A DNA stretch of 64,000 nt, taken from positions 372,001 to 436,000 of the forward strand of contig NW_027271539.1 in NCBI RefSeq assembly GCF_040938485.1. Direction: 5' to 3'. Each line of letters starts with the position of its first letter. Within the stretch, counting starts at the first letter, position 1. Shown one piece after another: positions 1 to 10,100 of the stretch. The notes beneath the pieces are model-generated. The model did not search any database. It saw only the letters and a list, made by a program, of their open reading frames with translations, and had not been told where the DNA came from. The stretch is from Diadema antillarum (taxonomy: Eukaryota). Position numbers and translations under genes: made by a program.

Positions 1-1473
1 CCCTTTACATTCGACAAATGCCTACATTATTGACTTGAAATTTAATGAAACTGGTATGAGAACATCTTCTGACATCTTGCGCTAATCAACAATTTGGGGT
101 CATGACCAATGAATGTTGTGTGACAAAATAATATGGTCTCAACAAGAAACTTTGTATTTTGGAAACTTGCCACCTATTTGCAACAGTGATAAAGGAATGT
201 GTGTGGTTCATTTAGATGTAAGTTTTATTACAAGATTTGTAATGTTACCTTTCGTGAATAAAAATATTAAGTCCCTTTTTGATGTTAAAGTTTTGTCTTT
301 CGGCTTTGATTGGTCAGAGAATCGCAGACGCAGGAACACACGTGATATGTTACGTCATGATTGGACAGCAGAAATAACCTGCTTTAAAACATTAACATCA
401 TTACCCATTGGATATATACGGAACAGGTGCTACGGATGGGTACGTCCTGTGCCATTACATGTCTGTACAGGCCACCACGTCGATTACACGACGTGTGGAT
501 TTCAAGTGTAGGATACCCCGATACATTATACGGCTTGGAGCCTTAAAGGAACGCGTAATCCACTAAAGCAGCCCCTGGTGAAGTGCTCCTAATTAGCAAA
601 GATATTGGCTTTGCTTTGGGAAAGCCTGGTTGCTGTTGTTGTTGTTGTTGTCTTCTGTTTTTTTTTTTGTTGTTGTCACAATTAACAGGGATGACCACGT
701 ACGATGGAACCGCCTCCCTCGTGTCCCGCTTTACATGAGTCAGTTGGCTTGATCGATAGAGTTCTGACGTCATGGTACATTAACAGCGCTGAGAATAATC
801 AACCAGCTCGGTAACCCTGAGCGGCGCGAATTGCCGCTGAACGGAAGCGCTAAACAACTTCGAATTATTGGTCGTTGACTTTTAGGGCTCAATACACACG
901 CGCGTCATAGGCAACACACCAAAAAAATCATCTCGCTACAAATCAATCAATTATGTTTTCAATATGACTGCACATAAGACATTGTCATGTATCGAAAATT
1001 AACAACATGCGCCTCTCAATATTTACGCCATTATCGTCTGGGGGCACACGTACAGAAACTAATGCAGATGAAAAGGTGCTGCCTACACGACGAGGTCTGC
1101 ATTCCACTAACATTCGTTGTTGAGCAATTATAAATCATCCCAAATAGTATTGAAGACACAAACACACATACACACACACACACACACACATACACAGGCA
1201 CAGTATAACTAACAGGCTACATGAATATCTCAACTTTTCGAAAAAAAAACACCTTTTAGTTCTGCAGAGCCATTTCTTTGCAATACTCTTCCTCTGAGGA
1301 TCCACTCAGAAGAATCCTCAGACACAAGCACCTCAAGTCATACATGTTAGCATGTATATATAAAATTTAGTGAATAAAAACCTTCTTGTTGGAACAACAA
1401 ATGGCGTATTCTAGAGTCCTTCTTCTTCTTCTTGTGATAACATTCGAAGTCCAACATGTGGAAAATTCCAACA

Positions 1474-1478
<5 letters not shown>

Positions 1479-1524
<46 letters not shown>
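1479..1524. repeat. (AT)n microsatellite
   Basis: Direct reading. Confidence 0.99.
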
Positions 1525-1527
<3 letters not shown>

Positions 1528-1923
1528 CTTGCTCCCTCTTGTATATAACGTATACCCATATACATACTTATGAGTTTGCGTTTTCGACGATCGGAATGAC
1601 TTTTAGCCGATATTATACAATGCCAGCAGGTATGGTATCTTAACTTTGTATGAGGTGGCAACACCCACAATAGTATCATCGTTACCATCACGTGTTACCC
1701 TTGCGTGTATAATTCATTCATGTATTGAAATGAATTTATACACATACAGACCTACGAATATTATGTGATTTATGCACACTCTGATCCGATAATATACTAT
1801 TGAGGTTATATGCCTATATAAGTATGACACTTAATGCGCTAGATACATAATCATATATACAGTATATACCGTTAAATTTGCTTGAAACGTGCAATCACTT
1901 ATGTACTTGCATTAATGCATCTA

Positions 1924-1972
1924 GATCTGACGAGGCCCGAATTGCCGAAAGCTCATTAAAGGAGCTTATGCA
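1924..1972 (+). ncRNA. Hammerhead ribozyme-like motif HHR1
   Basis: CTGACGA (1927-1933), stem II GGC/GCC with 7-nt loop, GAAA (1947-1950), then GCTC. Fits the minimal type I pattern (A-GC-U-C). An alternative full stem III AGCTC/GAGCT (1950-1966) is also possible. Confidence 0.65.
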
Positions 1973-2132
1973 ACACAACGCCGCCAACTCGTATAACTTT
2001 TATTCTGTTGTCACATCTTAGATCATTCATATTAATCATAAATCATACGTATACATAATTGTGGCCTTCATTATTTGCATTCAGTGTGAAAAGAAGAGCC
2101 AGGTGGACGTAGCTAGGTCAACGTGTCTGTTT

Positions 2133-2181
2133 ATTGCCGCCGAGCTTTCGGTCCCAAACGGACCTTCATCAGGGCTGTAAC
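2133..2181 (-). ncRNA. Minimal type I hammerhead ribozyme motif HHR3 (mirror copy of HHR2)
   Basis: Exact reverse complement of 2953-3001 within the inverted repeat; sense relative to RASD transcription. Confidence 0.75.
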
Positions 2182-2952
2182 GATACAAAAATGACTCACT
2201 CGTATGGCTACACTAATAAATATATATTCATATATGTATACTAATATAAATCTAACTGGCGTGAGTCTGTAATGACTGTGTAATCAATCAATCCGTAATT
2301 ACAGCTGTATATAACATATTCCAATAATCATATACATAATCAATTGCATATTATTGAATACATTTCATATCACACTCGTGTTATTAATTGAGGTGAAGGT
2401 ATATAACAAAAACACCAATTCAGTATCCTCATCTTATGTGTTGTGTGACAGACGACTGTAATAATATCAAACTAGACATTTTTATGTTGTCGACGATACT
2501 ACAGCATGTGGCAGCATTGCAAGACGTAAGTGGCTGTATTATTTACCTCATTATACGATAGCCAGAAGACGACGCGTGGCTGTTGTACTGTATTATACAG
2601 CCACTTACGTCTTGCAATGCTGCCACATGCTGTAGTATCGTCGACAACATAAAAATGTCTAGTTTGATATTATTACAGTCGTCTGTCACACAACACATAA
2701 GATGAGGATACTGAATTGGTGTTTTTGTTATATACCTTCACCTCAATTAATAACACGAGTGTGATATGAAATGTATTCAATAATATGCAATTGATTATGT
2801 ATATGATTATTGGAATATGTTATATACAGCTGTAATTACGGATTGATTGATTACACAGTCATTACAGACTCACGCCAGTTAGATTTATATTAGTATACAT
2901 ATATGAATATATATTTATTAGTGTAGCCATACGAGTGAGTCATTTTTGTATC

Positions 2953-3001
2953 GTTACAGCCCTGATGAAGGTCCGTTTGGGACCGAAAGCTCGGCGGCAA
3001 T
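2953..3001 (+). ncRNA. Minimal type I hammerhead ribozyme motif HHR2
   Basis: GCC-CTGATGA-A-GGTCC-GTTTG-GGACC-GAAA-GC-TC-GGC: conserved core, 5-bp stem II, palindromic AGCT helix III, predicted cleavage after C2992, stem I GCC/GGC with interrupted extension. Confidence 0.75.
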
Positions 3002-3050
3002 AAACAGACACGTTGACCTAGCTACGTCCACCTGGCTCTTCTTTTCACAC

Positions 3051-3053
<3 letters not shown>

Positions 3054-3109
<56 letters not shown>
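3054..3109. repeat. (AT)n microsatellite
   Basis: Direct reading. Confidence 0.99.
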
Positions 3110-3112
<3 letters not shown>

Positions 3113-6100
3113 TTCAGAGGTGCTATTCCGGGAGACTTCAGTGCATTTGACCATCTCCATGCAGCATCCCTATGAAACCTAATTCGATTTTGACTCAATA
3201 ATGCCGGTAATCATTCACTCTGCTTCCCTCATCCATTCTAATAATCTCTCCAAATGAAATTTATAGCTCTTTTAAAACCAAGAGCGTGAAAGCAGGTGAC
3301 TGACAAGAATTCAGTTCAGCCTATCAACGTTTGTTTCCGATTATGTCACTTCGGAGAAAGGAATATTCACGACATTGTGCGGAAATAATATCATCGACAT
3401 ATAAGTGATAAATATTGAATGACAGCCAACTCAGACGGTTTGATGTGACAGCGAGAGAGAGCCATTTCTATGGAAAGCTTTATTGTTGCTTTGGTAGTGT
3501 GTTTTGTCTTTTATCCCCTTCGTCTCCACAATTCTCTTCACAGTCTACAATTCTTGTAACAGAGCCTTTCTTGCCCTCTCTAAACTTCGAGCTCCCCAGG
3601 CAATTTCCATTAGTCTGTAGATATTAGACTCTTAAAATACCTTTGGTGTCAACCTGATACCATTTAACGCCTGTCATACTAAAACGAACAAAAAGACACC
3701 GAAACTTGGCTGACGGGATTATTAGCAGAACGAACTCTAAAATTGACTGCTGCCAGGAAACAGAGTACCACTTATTCCGAAAGTTTTGCGTTGACATACT
3801 TCATTAAACATCTGGAATTGCAAGATCAAGTTCTTTGTGTTAGAAGATTGATTTTAAGCTATAGGAAACATATGATTTTAATATTAAGACGGTTATTTAG
3901 GAGAGGAAGCATAATTATGTACGCGTATGACATCGTGAATGGTCCTTTGCACCTACGCTTTTGACCATAGAAACAGGTTAGAGGTCTGAGAGCGTGTGGA
4001 GTCCAGACTAGTTCCACTATGGTGTTCTATTGTCTCGTTCTAACGAACACGAACTTGACGTCTTTGATTGCGCGAATGACACGCTATACTCCCAGTGGAT
4101 CAGCCCAGGCAACGACCGTCTCCACGCTATGTTTGTCTCGTTTTCACATTTTTGCCGAATGTCACGTGATATGAAAGCTTCTTTGACTGCTATGAGACAC
4201 CCGGAATGAAAGCCCTTCTCCCTAGAGGATTGAATATTACTGTTCTCACCCTTCTTTTCACGCCATCCTCCTAGTGGAATTCGTGTGTGTCTATAGATGG
4301 ATTTTAATGATGCCTGGTGGGTTCGAGATGAACGTTTCCTTCATTAAAGTGAACAAATATTTGTATTACAGTGCCGTGTAGGTGTCTAGGTTAGCGTTTT
4401 GTAAGCTTTATTGTCGCAGGTACAACAAATACATTTATTGATAATTGCACACTCTCTCCGCAGAAGACAAAAAAATAAAAAGATAAATTAAAATGACCCT
4501 GCATTAGTCATGTAGCACACGTGTGGGAGATTAGGCAATTCGAAACACCAAAGTGAACATGTGTCGGAAAACTGGGGTGGTTTGATCTTTTAAACAAATA
4601 ACCCATGTCTAGCTTTTTAGCAAAATTACTTTGCTTTACTTTACCTTTGCAGGGGTTCATTTTGGCTTCGTGCAGGCGAGTTACAATAGAGAGTGTCCAA
4701 TTTCCTAAAATGTCAAATGATCAAAAGTTGCCAATATTTGCTCAACATTGATGCTTGCATGGATGATAATTATCATCATGAATGATTGCATGTACCCAGC
4801 GACGAACAAGTGACTGTGTACACTTTTTTGGCGGGTCTGAAGCGACAATTCGGAACAATAGTTCAATGCATATCATTACCCTCCAAACACCCAGCCGTAT
4901 ATAGACACACTATTCAATGATATCACTGGCGACGATGTTGATGATGAAATGATAATATTGACAGTAGCAATGAAGATAGTATTAATAATAATGAAAGTAA
5001 TAGTAATAGTAATAGTAATAGTAATATAATAGTAGCAGTAGTAGTAGTAGTAGTAGTAATGATAATATAATGATACTAGTTATGATAAATGATAATAATA
5101 TACTAATGATATTAACAATTACTCTTATTGTTATCATTATTGCAATTATCATTGTTATTATCTTTCTTTGAAAACGATTGTGGTCTTGTTCATATCATTT
5201 ATCTAATTGATATAGAGGGCAATCAGCGATATCACTGCTCTTCTTGAGCAGCAGCATTGTCTGCTGCGTCGAGAGACACCATGTAATGGGTGAGCACACC
5301 TTGTCCAGGGATAAATGCACCTGCTGGAAATCGAACTCACATGCACCTGTGAAAGGATCCACAATATTCTCCACGGTATCTCTCAGTTCCCCAACAAAAT
5401 TGGTAATCCATAAGTATAATACATGCATGGTGACCCCTTCTGCATGAACTCGATAGACACAGTGTCTTCAGGGGAGCGGAGGGAGAGGTGGGGCACATCT
5501 GAAAATTTAAGTTGCCTCTAAGGCACACTTACCTGACCGTTTTGAATGATTAATGGGAGGAGGTCCAGAGGGTACCCCTTCTCCTTCCCCCATGGTCGAA
5601 ACTTCTGGAAAAATCGTGTCTCATTGGGTTTGTGAGGGTGTTTTTTGTTCAAACAGGGCTTAAAGGTATGTCGTTGGGTATTTTTTCCGTTTAACGGCCT
5701 TTTTTCCTTTTATTTCTACTTTGAGGGGAGCCTAAAGTGCGTACTGGGGGCGGGGTGAGGGTGAATTTCACGACCTTCGTTAGCAAACTTGAAAAGTGGC
5801 AAAATCAAACCCGGTGACGTCGTCTCAGGGCTGTCGTCTTCGAGTGAGTCACGTGGTAGGGGGTTGCAGAGAATCGGAGAAGGTTTCAGTCATTAAAGTC
5901 ACAATTCGTTTGGATGTCACAGGCCCAGCATTTTAACCCGTGTATACCGGTTTTATTAGTTATGTTCTCCAAGGAAAAGTGGAGTCAAATTATTCAGAAA
6001 ATGAACAACCAATGAAAGATTTTTATTCCTTTCTTCAATATCATTTGAGTGACTCGAGAATCTTAGATTGTAGCTTAAGTACAGAAAGCATTTCGTTCCG

Positions 6101-6763
6101 CCGGCCAATGTCTTACGACCAAAAGCCTATCTGCATGATCCGAAGATGCGATATTTTCCCTAAGAAATAGGATGACGTTTCATTCTGCAGTAACGAGCAT
6201 CATCTGCCGCATACCAACCACAAGTTATTAACCCTGTGCATTAGGACCGCCACAAGAAAACGTCTTTGGCATTGTGTAGAAACAAGTTGTAAATAGCAGT
6301 GACAGCGTTAAAGGATGGCACCTCTAAAGATACCGATGAGGAATACACAACAGGTGAGCTATCCTGCCTGACTAGCAAACATGAAGAGATAAAGTACACT
6401 AAATAAACAAAACTCTCCCATTGTTCCAGTGTACGTGATTCATTATCAACTAACCATGACAATGATGAGGCCCTATCCAATTTCAGCCTAACTGTTGGTG
6501 GTCTACTGCGTTTCGTTAACTCTCTCACTTATTGGAAAAATATTTATTACATTCTCATCCTAGTTAAATATTTTGGATAATGATTATGTTTATTGTACAA
6601 CATTATTGACTGTGTTTATCTACTTTTGTAATATTTTGTTATACGATTAATCATTACATTGAACTTGTATATTTGGAATTAGTGTTGAGTTTGCATTTGC
6701 TTGAATGCAGAAATAAACCAAACCAAAACCAAAACCAAAACCAAAATCTTGATTGTTACTCAC

Positions 6764-7046
6764 CTGTCAGTATCGATAGGCGATTCATGGCGGGAAACGG
6801 GTTATTGCCCGATGTGTCTAGTATATCCAGTCGATACACTTCTCCGCGAATCTTGTAGATTTTCCGGTGGAAATCCTCGATGGTCGGCGTGTATTGTTCC
6901 ACGAACTCTCCCGACAGGAATCGCCTGACGATCGACGTCTTGCCCACTTTGGACGAGCCAAGAATGACGAGTCGGTAGCAGTTTTTGGCGGGAGTATTCA
7001 GCTCCGACTCCAGAATGCTCGTGCTCATCACTATCGTCTGCTCCAT
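6764..7046 (-). CDS. RASD1: RASD1/RASD2 (Dexras1/Rhes)-family small GTPase, first coding exon (94 codons + 1 nt)
   Basis: Translation KNCYRLVILGSSKVGKTSIVRRFLSGEFVEQYTPTIEDFHRKIYKIRGEVYRLDILDTSGNNPFPAMNRLSILTG has G1 (GSSKVGKT), G2 (YTPTIED) and G3 (DTSG) and closely matches vertebrate RASD1 as I recall it. Donor AG|GTGAGT at 6764/6763 (phase 1). ATG in good Kozak context. RASD1 vs RASD2 orthology is not resolvable; an invertebrate likely has one pro-orthologue. Confidence 0.93.
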
Positions 7047-7123
7047 GATGGTATAATATTCCGTGTTATTCCGTTATTCGGCAAGTCTCTACTGGTCAGG
7101 GTTGATCTTAAATAAGTTTCGAC
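7047..7123 (-). other. 5' UTR part of the RASD coding exon, preceded by a splice acceptor
   Basis: Minus strand reads cgttttctctttcggtttacag|gtcgaaac (polypyrimidine tract + AG at 7125-7124), implying an upstream non-coding exon. Confidence 0.65.
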
Positions 7124-10100
7124 CTGTAAACCGAAAGAGAAAACGTTAGTAGCACTGATGAGAGTTCAAAGGAACAAGGTTACCGTGTTGATGTTATGAT
7201 TGAATCATGTCAAGTTTGAACAACCGCTTAAACATACACAAACTGCGTATTAAAGTTGTATAGACGCTTCGTCATTCTGTGGATCACGAACGCATGCCCT
7301 TTCGATAAGAAAGTAACATACTCCGACCCCTTGACCTGATGACGCTGCAAAGAATGTCCTATGAACAAAATATTTTCCAACGCCCTTCGTTGCGAGACTA
7401 ATGGGTGTTGGCGGGTCCCCAGTAGGCGCAGCTGGGCGTTTATGTTTGTGTGGGTTTTTTAAGCATGTTTGCTAAGGTGACATAAGGCATTATGTTTATG
7501 ATATCCATTTATCTGTCTATGAATGTATGTATGTACGTATGTATGTATGTATGTATGTGTGTGTATGATATTTACTTCTTTCACTAGTGTTACCGTCTAT
7601 ATAATTTATCACTGTTATCTTTATCATTACACATAGTAATGGTACTCCAGTACTCTTACAAACAATGTGCGGAATGCCCTCGTACATACTCTATTACCTG
7701 TACCGGAACTTTCATTGGTTGCTCATGAGCAAAGTCTAGGGAATTTCGGGGAGCAAACCTCATTACGTAAACTTCGCTATCTCGGTGATAAAGTTTAGAA
7801 TAGTTAGAGTAATGAAACAATATTACAATAGGTAAAAAAGGTAAATCACGCATTTTCATGACACAAATCGAACACTCACTGGGATTGTAACCTATACATT
7901 ATTTATCTTGTGTGTGTTTACTGAGGGCAAAGGCAGGTTTAACGTTCGATCTACAATCCATGGAATACCCTAATCCGTATGCCCCAACATAATTGAATCA
8001 TCTTACGATCGTGTGCCTCTAGTAGCATTGTCTCAATCAGCTGTACCACTGCATATATGAATAATTCGACAGGTGTAATTGACTGTTGTGATCATCACTT
8101 GAAATAATCAATAAAACCTTCATTCGCGTAATTGTGTTTTGAATAGATATACCAAAAGAAATTAGCTGAAAATGGTCAAGGTATCTTATCATTTTGAATA
8201 TGATGTAGACGGTATAATAGTGTTCTATAACATGAGAGTTATCAGAGAATAATGAAAGTATTACGAATAACCGCACGTAATATGTTGCTGCGGCAACATA
8301 TCAAATATGGAATTACGTATAATTGAAAAAGAGCTTCCTTGCAATTATACAGTAATGCGGACAGTATAACGAGCTATCTCTTAGTTTGTTTTAATATAAT
8401 TTTCTTTTCATTTTCAATTCATTTTAAATCCATCGTTTCGTCTTCGACACACGACCTTTCTAGGAAATATCGTTCACATTGCTAACTACAATCATGATTA
8501 TTTCTCGGTAGCATACAGCTCATGAAAGTAATCTTGAAGTTCATACATGCAGTATGAATCCATCTTCCACTTTATGCCGAAAACTATACTGTGATTCTTA
8601 GAATGAAATCGAGTCGTTCTTCCAGTTCTACGAAATATGTGATTTACACCGTTATTGATGCATTAAGCGATAGCCAGAAATAATTACACACAGATAGATC
8701 ATGCAAATGAGCTTTTATATGCAAATTAGCTCATGCCTTTAGCTTGAAATGGACAGGAAAGGGTAGGAGTAGCGAACGCAGTTTGTAAACGCCTAAAATT
8801 CAGCTCTGTATGCTTGAATGCCTTCGCGAGTTGATGATTTGTGATAGAACTGGATCAAATGACTGCCTAGGGGTAATTGTAACCGACGCTGAGGTAAGGT
8901 AACACACCTTTAGCCCAATATACTATCTATTAGATGCGATTTAAACGAGACAGGACAAGTCGCAACCAGACGTCTACTTCGGTCCGATCCTTTTCATTTG
9001 AGAAAGAAACGCAAGGACACTTTTCTTCAAGCGAGCAGTCGGCATCTATGCATTTCAGACATGACATGACGTCAATTTCGATTTTTGCTAGACGCCGCAC
9101 TCGGATGAAATGTGAAAGGTTCTCTAAGGGAGACGTGAACGCACTCTGGAGTCTCAGCGCAAAGGAAATGTTGGATGGGTTCACGGTCTGCCTCTCCAGT
9201 GTGTCTATACACTCACCTTAATAGGTCCTCTCGCAACCCAACGTCAGGGTAAATATATAAAGCGCGGGGAAAGAAGCGGACCGCCGCAATTTGTTTAAAC
9301 GCGACGAGGGAAGAGAAAACCGGAGGGGATGTGGCCTGCAAAGCCCGCTGAGAACTCGGATCATTGCATACTTCGTTACAGACGGCTCTCGGTGTGCATA
9401 CCATGCGACGCAATCTCTACAATTACCCTCTCATGTTCTCATAAACCGATGCGAATGTACCGAGTGTGGACCGCACTCAAGAATCAAGAGAGAAAAGGCA
9501 ATTTCGATATGCTCCTATGAAGCCTATCAAATGGCGACGACTCTCATGCAATGATACCAACCACTCAAGAGTCTGAAAACCACATATGTAACTTTAATGC
9601 ACTTCTTGAAATTCAGAAAATGATGGGTTTAAGGAACTATCTTGCTGTTCCCCTATATAAGACTATCATCTAGTAACTTAATGATCGCCCTACCTCTAGG
9701 GGTTTATACTTTCATAATTCTCTTTAGTCGTCATGCGGAATGGATCTTCGCATGATCAGTTCTGGCACGTCGCGAACTATATGCCGATAAATTACATCAA
9801 TAATTTACTCCAAGAGGTTCGATGGGCGCGTTTGGATGAATGTTACGAGTGATCTTACCACCAAGAGGCAGCTGTTTGCACAATGGTGCACAGCTCTATA
9901 TAGGGCGAATCGAGAATGTTATCCTTTATTAGTATATTTCAAATATTTCTTGAAAGAGAAAGGAAGGAAGGATCTTAGTGAGTTGGGTAATCGCTCTCCT
10001 GTGCTGTATTAAAAGCACGAAAACATTGGATGATATTATGGCACATCTATACTGGTCTAAAAACGCTCTCTGGAATTGGAGCAGTAAATGACAAAAACAA

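Larger units (their letters stand above)
1525..3055. mobile_element. Composite of Penelope-like-element terminal (pLTR-like) fragments between two (TA)n tracts
   Basis: Three hammerhead motifs, AATAAA just 3' of HHR2, inverted head-to-head duplication, flanking (AT)n at 1479-1524 and 3054-3109; no RT or endonuclease ORF seen. Confidence 0.6.
2079..3055. repeat. Inverted repeat, 461-bp arms (2079-2539 / 2595-3055), 55-bp spacer
   Basis: Arms compared by eye along their length with no mismatch noticed; paired positions sum to 5134. Confidence 0.97.

Noticed and set aside
113-511. 132-aa ORF at the window start
   Set aside because: No recognisable motif or splice context; it lies antisense within the RASD intron.
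1289-1322. CTGAGGA hairpin (CTGAGGAT...ATCCTCAG) as a fourth hammerhead
   Set aside because: No GAAA or stem III in the right position on either strand.
5195-5447. Overlapping 67-77 aa ORFs in the RASD intron as a possible RASD exon 2
   Set aside because: No G4/G5 or other RASD motifs in any frame examined.
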